DNA from: Sedimentisphaerales bacterium
Lineage (GTDB): Bacteria > Planctomycetota > Phycisphaerae > Sedimentisphaerales > Anaerobacaceae
DNA: 64,000 bases
Direction of reading: 5' to 3'
Assembly (NCBI GenBank): GCA_030628155.1
Contig: DAOVRL010000001.1
Span: 2,351 to 66,350, forward strand
A program made the translations under genes and the position numbers. A model generated the notes under the pieces. The model saw only the letters and a program-made list of their open reading frames with translations, was not told the origin of the DNA and did no database searches. Shown here piece after piece: positions 1 to 9,085 of this stretch (position 1 is its first letter; the number at the start of each line of letters is the position of its first letter).

Positions 1-36
1 CTGCCAGATAACACTTGGGAAAGGAAGGAAGATATT

Positions 37-192
37 ATGAAGGTTCGAAGGAAGAAGATTTGGGCGGTTTTGTTGTTGGGTGGGGTTTGCTGTTTGCTCG
101 TGACGAGCGGCGCGAGGGCCAAGGAGAGTAAAGAGCGGGTCAGTCTGGTTGGGGGTGACTTTTCGAGGTGGCGGGGAGATACGGGGCAGTGA
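37..192 (+). other. In-frame upstream segment of the same gene (signal peptide plus first DUF1080 strand), ending at an in-frame TGA at 190-192
   Basis: ATG at 37 is in the same frame as 262..1560. It translates to MKVRRKKIWAVLLLGGVCCLLVTSGARAKESKERVSLVGGDFSRWRGDTGQ*QIVGD. The frame stays open from 193 to 262. Confidence 0.6.
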
Positions 193-261
193 CAGATTGT
201 CGGCGATACGTTTACGAATCCTGCGAATGAGAAGCTGCTGAGCAGTAAGGCGGGCAGCGGC

Positions 262-1560
262 GTGATAGTGAACGGACCGACGGGCAGAACAAGGAACATA
301 GTGAGCAAGGCGGAATTCGGGGATGTGCGGGCACACGTTGAGTTTATGGTGCCGAAGGGCTCGAATTCGGGTGTGTATTTTATGGGTCGGTATGAGATTC
401 AGGTTTTCGATAGCTGGGGGGTGAAGGAGCCGCATCACTCGGACTGCGGCGGTATTTACCAGCGATGGGACAACAAGGGGTTCGAGGGTCACGGGCCACG
501 GGTGAATGCCTCGCGGGCGCCGGGGCAGTGGCAGAGCTTCGATGTTATCTTTCGTGCGCCTCGTTTTGATAAGCAAGGGAGGAAAATTGCCAAGGCGAGG
601 TTTGAGAAGGTCGTTCACAACGGGGTTGTGGTGCACTCGGACGTTGAGCTAACCGGGCCGACGCGGGCCAGCACTTATAACGATGAAAAGGCTGCTGGGC
701 CTTTGATGCTTCAGGGTGACCACGGGCCGGTGGCGTATCGGAATATCCGGCTTGAGCCGGCGGGTCCGAATCCGTTCTTTGCGATGGATACGGCAACGAA
801 GGACGCCAGGCAGAAAAGCGCAAAAGAGCAGGTCGAGATGGTCAAGGAATTGGGATATGCGGGGATAGGACCCCACGCGGGCGGCGGTCTGGCGGAGATG
901 ACTAAAGAGTGCGAAAAGAACGGTCTGACGTTGGTTGCGGCGTATCTCGGTGCAAATATCGGGCCGGGCCAGCAGAAATACGGGCCGGAACTGAAAGAGG
1001 CAATCGAGATATTGAAGGGAAGCAACTCTATGCTCTGGCTGTTTGTGCAGAGCAATAAAGATAAGGTTTCTTCGCCACAGGGCGACCAGCGTGCGGTTGC
1101 GGTGATCGGAGAGATTGCAGATATGGCGGCGAAAAAGGGGGTGCGGGTGGCGCTGTATCCGCATACCGGGTTCTGGGTCGAGCGGGTGGAAGACGCGATC
1201 CGCGTGGCCAAGCAGGTGGACAGGCCGAACGTGGGGGTGACGTTCAATTTGTGCCACTGGCTGAAGGTCGATGACGAGAAGAATGCCGAATCGCTGATAA
1301 AGGCGGCGATGCCTTATCTTTTCGTGGTGACTATCAACGGCGCCGACAGCGGCGGTAAGGACTGGAAGAGCCTGATCCAGACGCTGGATCGCGGGACGTT
1401 CGATATGGGCAAGTTCCTCAAGACGCTTGCAGATTGCGGCTATACCGGCCCAATCGGGTTCCAGGGCTATGGGATCGGCGGCGATGCTTATGATAATCTC
1501 AAGCGGACGATGGCTGCCTGGCGAAAGCTTTCGAAACAGATGACAGCAGGGATGAATTAA
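262..1560 (+). CDS. DUF1080 (3-keto-disaccharide hydrolase-like) domain fused to a xylose-isomerase-like TIM-barrel (sugar phosphate isomerase/epimerase) domain
   Basis: ORF track. The N-terminal half has DUF1080-type motifs (GDVRAHVEFMVPKGSNSGVYFMGRYEIQVFDS ... GPLMLQGDHGPVAYRNIRLEP). The C-terminal half (about residues 170-430) looks like an AP_endonuc_2/xylose-isomerase TIM barrel. The listed GTG start is probably not the original N-terminus (see feature 37..192). Confidence 0.8.
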   Translation: MIVNGPTGRTRNIVSKAEFGDVRAHVEFMVPKGSNSGVYFMGRYEIQVFDSWGVKEPHHSDCGGIYQRWDNKGFEGHGPRVNASRAPGQWQSFDVIFRAPRFDKQGRKIAKARFEKVVHNGVVVHSDVELTGPTRASTYNDEKAAGPLMLQGDHGPVAYRNIRLEPAGPNPFFAMDTATKDARQKSAKEQVEMVKELGYAGIGPHAGGGLAEMTKECEKNGLTLVAAYLGANIGPGQQKYGPELKEAIEILKGSNSMLWLFVQSNKDKVSSPQGDQRAVAVIGEIADMAAKKGVRVALYPHTGFWVERVEDAIRVAKQVDRPNVGVTFNLCHWLKVDDEKNAESLIKAAMPYLFVVTINGADSGGKDWKSLIQTLDRGTFDMGKFLKTLADCGYTGPIGFQGYGIGGDAYDNLKRTMAAWRKLSKQMTAGMN

Positions 1561-1702
1561 CCGCAGAGAACGCCGAGGTCGCAGGGGCAAGATAATAATG
1601 ATGAGAAATGGATGAAGGCCGTTTCGGTTTCGGCCATCCGTAAGCTGCGCTTGAGGCTGCCACCCGGGCGCAGAGAAAAGACAATATTGGAAGGCAAAGA
1701 AG

Positions 1703-1729
1703 TGGATTCCTGCTTTCGCAGGAATGACA
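1703..1729. repeat. REP-like palindromic unit (tggATTCCTGCtttcGCAGGAATgaca)
   Basis: Perfect 8-bp stem (1706-1713 / 1718-1725) with a 4-nt loop. It translates as VIPAKAGIH / SFLRKQES in the spurious antisense ORFs, which is a widely seen REP signature. Confidence 0.6.
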
Positions 1730-1784
1730 ATACGGGCAGCATCGGCGTGTTGCATGGAGTCGGTGTTAAAAAGGAAGCCAAGTA

Positions 1785-2081
1785 GTGGAAACTCTTAAGG
1801 TCCTTCGTGATTATTTTCCGATGGCGGTGTTTACCGGCAAGTGCTTAGTGTTTATCAGCGAGGAGTGGCGGGTCGAGCTAACCGAGCATAAAGACAAGGA
1901 TTTCAGCAAATCGGATGCGGAACCTTCGGTCATACGGGTCAAGATTTCGAAGAAGGCATTGGACGGCGAGTTTATCTCCGGGCACTACGAGGATTTTCAG
2001 CTTGCGTCGTTAGGTGAGCTTGCCGAGCAGATTGAGAAGTACGTGCAGTTAGCAATCGGGAGCAATATTCGGGAGATATAG
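1785..2081 (+). CDS. hypothetical small protein
   Basis: 98-aa ORF in the ORF track with no recognisable motif. GTG start; an ATG alternative lies 12 codons in. Confidence 0.4.
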   Translation: METLKVLRDYFPMAVFTGKCLVFISEEWRVELTEHKDKDFSKSDAEPSVIRVKISKKALDGEFISGHYEDFQLASLGELAEQIEKYVQLAIGSNIREI

Positions 2082-2136
2082 CGGTCGGGCGGGAGCGTGT
2101 AGGCTGTTGGTCGCTGCTGTCTGCTGTTTATGGTAT

Positions 2137-2436
2137 ATGGCTGATTTGTGTATCAGAGAAGTTGATGAGGGTGTGGTGTTTGCGGCGAAGGTGGTGCCGG
2201 GCAGCAGCAGGACGGCTATTTGCGGCGTGCTTGACGGGATGCTGAAGGTCAAGATTTCTGCGGTGCCGGAGAAGGGCAAGGCCAATCAGTGCTTGGTCGG
2301 GTTTCTGGCCAAAGAGCTTGGCGTAAAGAGAAATGCTGTTAGAATAGTCTCGGGCCAAAGCAGGCCCGTCAAAGACGTGCAGGTTTCGGGCGTAACGACC
2401 GAGGCGCTGCTGGAGAAGCTGAATTTGAATGAATAG
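2137..2436 (+). CDS. DUF167 / YggU-family protein
   Basis: Family-typical pattern: KVVPGSSRTAICGVLDGMLKVKISAVPEKGKANQCLVGFLAKELGVKRNAVRIVSGQSRPVKDVQV. I prefer ATG 2137 over the TTG at 2107 listed in the track. Confidence 0.8.
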   Translation: MADLCIREVDEGVVFAAKVVPGSSRTAICGVLDGMLKVKISAVPEKGKANQCLVGFLAKELGVKRNAVRIVSGQSRPVKDVQVSGVTTEALLEKLNLNE

Positions 2437-2530
2437 TATCGCATTTGATAAGTTGCGTGCATAACGGTTTGGAAGGCATGTGGTTTGCGGATCTTCCCTT
2501 TTGGAGGACTGGCAATAATGTGTGCCAAAT

Positions 2531-2570
2531 GAGATTGCCACGGCCCGCCTACGGCGGGCCTCGCAATGAC
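2531..2570. repeat. REP unit, B orientation (GAGATTGCCacGGCCCGCCtacGGCGGGCCTCGCAATGAC)
   Basis: Shares both end boxes (GAGATTGCC ... CCTCGCAATGAC) with the copies at 43924-43957 and 47973-48006. The central hairpin differs in sequence but stays self-complementary. Confidence 0.7.
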
Positions 2571-2595
2571 AGGCGCAGCGATAGGATTTTGGTTA

Positions 2596-4020
2596 ATGAC
2601 GGATAAATCATCTTTGTTTTCATCGGCCGGCGGGGAGGACCCAACTTCGCTTAGGTATATGCTAAAGCTGGCCGCGCCGATGGTGGTGACGACCATATCC
2701 TTTACGATAATGCAGTTCGTGGACAGGTTTATGGTATCGCGTCTCGGCACGGATGCTCTGGCGGCGATTTTGCCGGCGGGGCTTGTCAGCTTTTTGCCGA
2801 GCGGTTTTGCGATAGGGGCGATAGCAAGTCTTAATACTTTCGTAAGTCAGAGCCTGGGCAGAGGGGAAATGAAGGAGTGCTCGAGCTATTTCTGGCAGGT
2901 GGTTTGGATGGGGGCGGCGTATTTCCTGGCCGTAGTGGTGCTTATGTGGCCTATGGCGCCCTGGATATTCAAAATGATGGGGCAGCCGGACAATGTGGCC
3001 AAGTTGGAAGTATTGTATTTCCGTATTATCCTGTATGCTCATGTGCTGGCGGTCATAAACTGGTCGGCCAATCAGTTCTTTATGGGGATACATCGACCGA
3101 TCATTACCATGTGCGCGTCCCTGTGTGGACAAATAGTCAACGTGCTGGCCAACTACGTGTTGATTTTCGGTAAGTTTGGGTTTCCGCGAATGGAGATTGC
3201 GGGGGCAGGGTGGGGGACGTTTATCGGGATAACGGTGGCGGCTGCTATCAACATTGCGGTCTTCTTAAGCAGGAGGATAAACACCGAGTTTAAGTCAAGG
3301 CATACGCTGGGCCTGGACTTCGGCAAAATGTATGACCTGTTGAAGGTCGGGCTTCCGGCTGGATTCGGACTGATGGTGAATGTTGCGTTCTGGGGGATGA
3401 TTTTAGTCGGATTAGTAGGCAGGCAGGGCAAAGAGGTGCTCGCTGCGACCAGCGCGGTTCTTTCGTACGGAGGGCTTTCGGTTATGCCGGTTGTGGGGAT
3501 AGCGACTGCACTGTCGGCGGCGGTGGGCAAGACAATCGGGCAGGGGCGGAAGGACCTTGCGGCCAAACAGACGAGCGTGTGCCTGCGGATCGGAGTGATT
3601 TATATGGGATTGGTCGGGGTATGCTTCTTTGTGTTCAGGAGTGAGTTGATGGCATTCTGGTCCGACGATCCCAAGGTAATGGAGACGGGGGCAAATATTC
3701 TTATCTGTGCGGCTGCGTATCAGGTTTTTTATGCTGCGAGGATTATTTACAGCGGGTCACTGCGGGGGGCGGGCGATACGGTTTGGCTGGCTGTTGTCTC
3801 GGGGGTTGGAGCGGCGTTAATATTGGGACTCGGCGGCTGGCTTGTCGTCAAGCTGTTTCCACAGCTTGGGTATATGGGTCCGTGGATTGCGGCGGCTGTC
3901 AGCATCACGGCGGTGGGAATGGCGAACTACTGGCGGTTTAAGAGCAACCGGTGGATGAAGATAGATTTGTTCAAGCGGCGGACGCTGGGTATTGCGGTTC
4001 AAGATGGGGCGGTGCAGTAG
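2596..4020 (+). CDS. MATE family efflux transporter
   Basis: The ORF track lists 2566..4020. Polytopic protein with a typical MATE N-terminus (LKLAAPMVVTTISFTIMQFVDRFMVSRLG). The track ATG at 2566 lies inside the REP unit, so ATG 2596 is more plausible; the start remains uncertain. Confidence 0.85.
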   Translation: MTDKSSLFSSAGGEDPTSLRYMLKLAAPMVVTTISFTIMQFVDRFMVSRLGTDALAAILPAGLVSFLPSGFAIGAIASLNTFVSQSLGRGEMKECSSYFWQVVWMGAAYFLAVVVLMWPMAPWIFKMMGQPDNVAKLEVLYFRIILYAHVLAVINWSANQFFMGIHRPIITMCASLCGQIVNVLANYVLIFGKFGFPRMEIAGAGWGTFIGITVAAAINIAVFLSRRINTEFKSRHTLGLDFGKMYDLLKVGLPAGFGLMVNVAFWGMILVGLVGRQGKEVLAATSAVLSYGGLSVMPVVGIATALSAAVGKTIGQGRKDLAAKQTSVCLRIGVIYMGLVGVCFFVFRSELMAFWSDDPKVMETGANILICAAAYQVFYAARIIYSGSLRGAGDTVWLAVVSGVGAALILGLGGWLVVKLFPQLGYMGPWIAAAVSITAVGMANYWRFKSNRWMKIDLFKRRTLGIAVQDGAVQ

Positions 4021-4061
4021 GGCGTATTGCGTATCGCGTACTGCGCAGCGCGTATTGTTTG

Positions 4062-4898
4062 TTAGAACAAGTCTGAATTCGAGGGCAGCGCGGGTCCGCC
4101 GGTAACGGGCTTTATGATGATGTTGCGAACGGCCCCGGCGGTTTGCCAGGTTGCTATACCGAGGGGCTGGGAGAGATCGACTTCAGCCCTGATGTCGATG
4201 TGCCGGCCTTTGATGTCAATGTTGACGAGCACTTCATCGTCGAGCCAGGCTTCGATTTTTCCGGGTGTGACGCGGAGGCGGACGTGGTACCATTTACCGG
4301 TCTCAAATGAGATGAGCCGGGTGGTCTCGTTGTTGGCAGCGTCATAGTAGTCGATGTTTGAGAGTCCGCAGAGGTCACCGCCCCAGCCGCCGAGTATCAA
4401 CGAGCAGGGCTTGTCGGCGACGGGAAAGGTGAGGCCGCAGAAGAAGTCGCCGCCTTTGACGCGCATTGCCTCGAGAGTGATTTCGTAGTTCATACGGATG
4501 AGCGGGCCGGCCCAGTTGATGCCGGTCATATCGTTGCCCATTTCCATATAGATTGCGCCGTCTTTGACATAGACCTCGCCCTGTCCGCCGAAATCGGTGA
4601 TTTTCCACTGGCCGAGCGACTTGCCGTCAAAAAGGCTGGTTTCGGTTGTGATTACGTCGGCGGAGACATCGGGCTCGTTTGGCGCAGCCGGGGCCGAGGT
4701 GTTGGGCTCATCAGGGGAAACTGAGGCGTTCGGCTCACTTGACTGAGCCGGGGGCGGAGGGACGAAGCGGCGACATCCGGCGAAGCTGAGGAGGCCGAGA
4801 ACGAGCGTTGCATATAGGACATTGTGCAGGGCGGAAGGCAGCGCGAACAATATCGGTCGAAGCAAAGTAGAATTGGTAATGGTGTCTCTGGCTTTCAT
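4062..4898 (-). CDS. DUF1080 domain protein, probable lipoprotein with a Pro/Ser/Ala-rich linker
   Basis: DUF1080 pattern: FDGKSLGQWKITDFGGQGEVYVKDGAIYMEMG ... WYHVRLRVTPGKIEAWLDDE ... AVRNIIIKPV. ATG at 4898 is preceded by GGAGAAACACG. There is a SFAGC lipobox-like site. The track's TTG at 5006 is probably too far upstream. Confidence 0.8.
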   Translation of the reverse strand: MKARDTITNSTLLRPILFALPSALHNVLYATLVLGLLSFAGCRRFVPPPPAQSSEPNASVSPDEPNTSAPAAPNEPDVSADVITTETSLFDGKSLGQWKITDFGGQGEVYVKDGAIYMEMGNDMTGINWAGPLIRMNYEITLEAMRVKGGDFFCGLTFPVADKPCSLILGGWGGDLCGLSNIDYYDAANNETTRLISFETGKWYHVRLRVTPGKIEAWLDDEVLVNIDIKGRHIDIRAEVDLSQPLGIATWQTAGAVRNIIIKPVTGGPALPSNSDLF

Positions 4899-5069
4899 CG
4901 TGTTTCTCCGGATAAGAATTACGTTGCATAGAATAACCGTATAACTTACATTGTACAGGAGTAATTTGCTTGGGGCGAGAGATTTTTGGCAGGATGTTTT
5001 TTGCAAAAAGAGGAAAGCAAGAGGGCCTGTCTGACGATAAGGTTTTTGGGTGCAAATAGTTAAGAGCCG

Positions 5070-6677
5070 ATGAAAAAAGCGATATTTTTAGCAATTTGTG
5101 TTTTGAGCCTCCGGCCGGCGGTATCGGCGAGGGGGTATGAGCCGTTAGCAAACGAGGGCAGGGACGGTCTGTACGCGAGGTCGGTCGAACAGGTGCTTCG
5201 GCTTCGGGATGAGGAAGTAGATTTGGCGACGGCTGTTTTGATTGTTTCGGAGCACTGGAGCGACCTTGTACACGGGCGAAGGCACCTGGCGACGCTGGAC
5301 GATATGGCCTTGGAGATTCGTGAAAGGCTCAAAAGTAAGAGACTTCGAGCCAACTTTAGAGCGATTCCGGTGATAAACGAGTATCTGTTCGGGGAGCTTG
5401 GCTTTCGGTCGCTTGCGGAAGCGAACGACCCGAATGATCTGTTTTTGCATACGGTGTTAGATAAGAAAAAAGGGTACTGCCTGAGTCTGTCGGTTCTTTA
5501 TCTCTCACTTGCGGAACGGTTAGGGCTGCCTCTTTACGGCGTTGTTGTGCCGGGGCATTTCTTTGTGAGATACGACGACAAGCGGGTGCGGTTCAATATT
5601 GAGACGACGAGCAAGGGCGGAACGGCATCCGATGCGCACTATAAGAGCAAGTTTAAGGTGCCGGAGGGTAACGAGGACAGTATTTATTTGAAGAATCTGA
5701 ACAAGATTCAGACTTTAGGGTGCTTTTTTAATAATTTAGGGAACAGTTACAGCGACGTTGGCAATATGGACTCGGCGCTGCTTGCGCTTCTGCGTGCGGT
5801 TGAGATAAATCCGACTCTGGCCGAATCACGGGCGAACTTGGGAAACGTTTATCTCAAGCAGGGTCAGCTTGCCGATGCGATATACGAATACGAGGCGGGC
5901 TTGAAGATCAACCCAGAGGATCCGAAGACACACAACAACCTGGGCAATGCATACAGCGAACGTGGATGGATGAACTACGCGATTTCCGAGTATCTGCGGT
6001 CGCTGGAGCTGGATCCGAAGTTTATTGATGCTCACAGGAATCTTGCCATAGCTTACGCAAAGCAGGAGCGATTCGGGCAGGCGGTGTCGCAGTTGAGACT
6101 TGCGCTTAGTCTAAAGGCGGACGATGCGGATTGCTACGGGCAGTTGGGTGACGTTTACAGCCAGATGGGCGAGCACGAGAAGGCAATTGTTCCGTATAAG
6201 AAGGCCTTGAAGCTTAATCCGCGTTTGGCGGAGGCCCATTACGGTCTGGGTGTCTGCTACGGTGAGATGGGGCGGGTTGATGATGAGATTCGAGCATATA
6301 AGGGCGTTCTGGCAATCAATCCGGATATGCTAAACGCTTTGGTGAATCTGGGCAATGTGTATTTCGGGCAGGACAAATACGATGCGGCGATCGAGCTGTA
6401 TGAAAGAGCGACCCGGGTGGAGCCGGGGGAGGGAATGATTTTCTATAATCTTGGGGCGGCTTATTCCAATAAGGGCGACTATAAGCAGGCGGTGGGTGCG
6501 TATTCGAAGGCGGTTGAAATTGACGAGAATATTGGCGATGCGCATTATGGGCTTGCCTTTGGGTTCTATCAGTTGAAGAATTACAATCTGGCGTGGAAAC
6601 ATATCAAGATTGCGGAGGAATTGGGGGTGAAGGTGTCCGCCGACCAAATCAAGGCCATCAAGAGGCATTTGCGGTAG
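5070..6677 (+). CDS. transglutaminase-like (SirB1-type) domain plus TPR-repeat protein
   Basis: Signal peptide, then LFLHTVLDKKKGYCLSLSVLYLSLAERLGLPLYGVVVPGHFFVRYDD, then about 9 TPR units (A..NLGNVY...G....A...Y..AL.I.P). Confidence 0.8.
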   Translation: MKKAIFLAICVLSLRPAVSARGYEPLANEGRDGLYARSVEQVLRLRDEEVDLATAVLIVSEHWSDLVHGRRHLATLDDMALEIRERLKSKRLRANFRAIPVINEYLFGELGFRSLAEANDPNDLFLHTVLDKKKGYCLSLSVLYLSLAERLGLPLYGVVVPGHFFVRYDDKRVRFNIETTSKGGTASDAHYKSKFKVPEGNEDSIYLKNLNKIQTLGCFFNNLGNSYSDVGNMDSALLALLRAVEINPTLAESRANLGNVYLKQGQLADAIYEYEAGLKINPEDPKTHNNLGNAYSERGWMNYAISEYLRSLELDPKFIDAHRNLAIAYAKQERFGQAVSQLRLALSLKADDADCYGQLGDVYSQMGEHEKAIVPYKKALKLNPRLAEAHYGLGVCYGEMGRVDDEIRAYKGVLAINPDMLNALVNLGNVYFGQDKYDAAIELYERATRVEPGEGMIFYNLGAAYSNKGDYKQAVGAYSKAVEIDENIGDAHYGLAFGFYQLKNYNLAWKHIKIAEELGVKVSADQIKAIKRHLR

Positions 6678-6880
6678 AAGGACCTACGGCTCAAATACCT
6701 TTGCAAGCCCCTTGAGTCTGACTGCGCTGCGGCATTTCTGATGCGCAATAGCTGATGCAAATAGCGGCGGAATTCTTGCTGTGTGATTGATTTGTGGCGA
6801 GATTGGGGTAGAATCTTATCTGTGGCAGAGCACTAAGTTACTTCTTTGGGTAGTACGTCTTTTTATGGAGGACAGTTGAT

Positions 6881-9085
6881 ATGTTTGGGCAAGTGATCGG
6901 AGTGGGATTGCGCGGGGCAACGGCGAGTCTGCGAGGGAGATATGCGGTACATGCAAGAGCGATGCTGCTTGTGTGGGTGGCGGTTCTGGGCGGCAGTAGT
7001 CTGTGCGCAGGGGCGGCGGTTAAGGCTATTGGGCTGCATGCGGAGAATCAGCATTATTTCTTGTGGCGGGGCAAGGCGACGATATTGATAACTTCAGGGG
7101 AGCATTACGGGGCGGTGCTTAATCGGGCGTTCGATTACGCCAAGTATCTGGCGAAACTCGAATCGCACGGGTTCAATTTGACCAGGACGTTCAGCGGGGC
7201 GTACTGCGAGCCGGTCGGGGCGTTTAGTATTAAGAACAACACTCTCGCGCCGGCAAAGGGCAAGCTGATATGTCCGTGGGCGCGGAGCGGGACGCCGGGC
7301 TATGCCAACGGGGGTAATAAGTTCGACCTTACGAAGTGGGACGGGGATTACTTCAAACGGCTGCGCGGATTCGTAGCGGAGGCGGGCAAGCGCGGGGTCG
7401 TGGTGGAGCTTGTGCTGTTCTGCCCGTTCTATAAAGACGATATGTGGCGGCTGAGCCCGATGAACTCGGCTAACAACATCAACGGCATGGGCAAGATGAA
7501 ACGGACGGAGGTCTATACGCTCAAAGACCCGAAGCTGTTGGCCGTGCAGGATGCGATGGTGCGGAAGATAGTCGAGGAGCTCAAAGACTTCGACAACCTG
7601 TATTATGAGATATGCAACGAGCCATACTTCGGGGGCGTGACATTAGAGTGGCAATATCACATCGCCGAAACTATCGTCAAGGCCGAGAAGAAGCTCAAAA
7701 CGAAGCACTTGATCGCTCAGAATATTGCGAACAAGGGCAAGAAGGTGGACAATCCCAATCCGCACGTGTCGATTCTTAATTTTCACTACGCCAAGCCGCC
7801 GAACACTGTGGCTGAGAACTATGGCTTGAACAGAGTAATCGGCGACGATGAGACGGGTTTTGCGGGAAGTGAGCCGACGGCCTATCGGGTGGAAGGGTGG
7901 GACTTTATTATTGCAGGCGGCGGGGTCTATGACAATCTCGACTATTCGTTTGCGGTCGGGCACGAGGACGGGAGCGCAAGAATCGATGCGCCGGGCGGAG
8001 GTGGAGCGGTGCTGCATAAGCAGTTGGCGATTCTCAAAGATTTTATCAACGGCTTCGACTTTATCAGGATGAAGCCGGAGAATTCGGTTATCAAGGGGGG
8101 TGTGCCCCAGAAGGCTACGGCGAGGGCGCTGGTCGAAAAGGGCAAGCAATACGCGATTTACATTAACGGCGGCAGTGAGGCGAAATTGGTGGTTGAACTG
8201 CCGAAAGGCAGCTACACGGCGCAATGGCTGAATACGAAGACGGGGAAGGTTGACAAGAAGGAGAGATTCGAGCACGCCGGCGGCACCCGGACGATAGGCT
8301 CGCCCAGGTATGCCGATGACATTGCTCTGCGGATTTTGAGCTCGGTGAGGGATAAGGGGCCTTTGCTTTTCATAGGGGATTTTGAGACGGGTGATTTGAA
8401 GGGCTGGCGAGTTTCGGGTAATGCGCCGGGAATTACGGGCAATCCGAAGCGAGCGGGAAAATATGCTATGAAGACGTCGCTGGATCGGCGTAAGGATAAA
8501 GTTGCGTATCGGACGGAGGTGAGCGGTCCGGGCAGTGAGGTCGGGAAGGAGTACTGGTACGGATTCAGCATATTCCTGCCTGATGATTATGTTGTCGATG
8601 ACGTGTGGGAAATAGTAGCGCAATGGCACGGGGTCCCGGATTTCAAGGCCGGGGAAGACTGGCGCAATCCGGTTATGGCGCTTTCTACGGACGGCGGGAG
8701 ATGGGAGCTGATCAATCGGTGGGATGCTAAGTTCAACACGTTCGAGGGCGGGAAGAGAAAATACGGGGGGACAAAGAGGTACGATTTGCGTGCGTATCGC
8801 AGAGGCGTGTGGACGGATTGGGTTGTGCACGTTAGATGGTCGTATGGGCCGGATGGGCTGTTGGAGGTGTGGAAGGACGGGAAGAAGGTTATCGAGCAAA
8901 ATGGGCCGAATGCGTTTAACGATAAGAAAGGGCCCTATTTTAAGATGGGACTTTACAAGGGGTGGAAGGACCCAAAGAGGAGCAGTGATGTGGTGAGCAG
9001 GCGGGTACTGTATCACGATGAATTCCGGATGGCCGGGGCGGACGGACGGTATGAGGACGTTGCGCCAAATGACAAGCCAGGATGA
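6881..9085 (+). CDS. secreted two-domain glycan-degrading enzyme: clan GH-A (GH5/DUF4038-like) TIM barrel plus C-terminal concanavalin-like polysaccharide-lyase-type domain
   Basis: GGAGG RBS lies 7 nt before the ATG. The N-terminal part carries a YYEICNEPYF (NEP acid/base-type) motif. The C-terminal part (about residues 495-734: FETGDLKGW ... WEIVAQWHG ... GPYFKMGLYKGW) resembles heparin-lyase-I/PF14099-like jelly rolls. Confidence 0.75.
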   Translation: MFGQVIGVGLRGATASLRGRYAVHARAMLLVWVAVLGGSSLCAGAAVKAIGLHAENQHYFLWRGKATILITSGEHYGAVLNRAFDYAKYLAKLESHGFNLTRTFSGAYCEPVGAFSIKNNTLAPAKGKLICPWARSGTPGYANGGNKFDLTKWDGDYFKRLRGFVAEAGKRGVVVELVLFCPFYKDDMWRLSPMNSANNINGMGKMKRTEVYTLKDPKLLAVQDAMVRKIVEELKDFDNLYYEICNEPYFGGVTLEWQYHIAETIVKAEKKLKTKHLIAQNIANKGKKVDNPNPHVSILNFHYAKPPNTVAENYGLNRVIGDDETGFAGSEPTAYRVEGWDFIIAGGGVYDNLDYSFAVGHEDGSARIDAPGGGGAVLHKQLAILKDFINGFDFIRMKPENSVIKGGVPQKATARALVEKGKQYAIYINGGSEAKLVVELPKGSYTAQWLNTKTGKVDKKERFEHAGGTRTIGSPRYADDIALRILSSVRDKGPLLFIGDFETGDLKGWRVSGNAPGITGNPKRAGKYAMKTSLDRRKDKVAYRTEVSGPGSEVGKEYWYGFSIFLPDDYVVDDVWEIVAQWHGVPDFKAGEDWRNPVMALSTDGGRWELINRWDAKFNTFEGGKRKYGGTKRYDLRAYRRGVWTDWVVHVRWSYGPDGLLEVWKDGKKVIEQNGPNAFNDKKGPYFKMGLYKGWKDPKRSSDVVSRRVLYHDEFRMAGADGRYEDVAPNDKPG

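Noticed and set aside
190-192. Genome-wide reassignment of TGA to Trp or Sec as the explanation for the in-frame TGA.
   Set aside because: TGA terminates several well-supported genes in the window (6881..9085, lpxI at 15926-15928, the SxtJ-like gene, the PEP-CTERM gene, P4 and P5). No SECIS-like hairpin is evident just downstream.
1610-1639. The hairpin GGAT-gaa-GGCCG...CGGCC-ATCC after the first gene, considered as a terminator.
   Set aside because: The stem is imperfect, and no T-run follows it.
649-1755. A long antisense ORF (368 aa). Similar ORFs lie at 7643..9145 (500 aa), 51663..52877 (404 aa), 53419..54030, 25991..26548, 50039..50803, 33647..34405 and 40902..41612.
   Set aside because: Each lies opposite or out of frame to a gene with clear family motifs. 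The products are Arg/Pro/Gly-rich low-complexity sequences, typical of shadow ORFs in GC-rich DNA.
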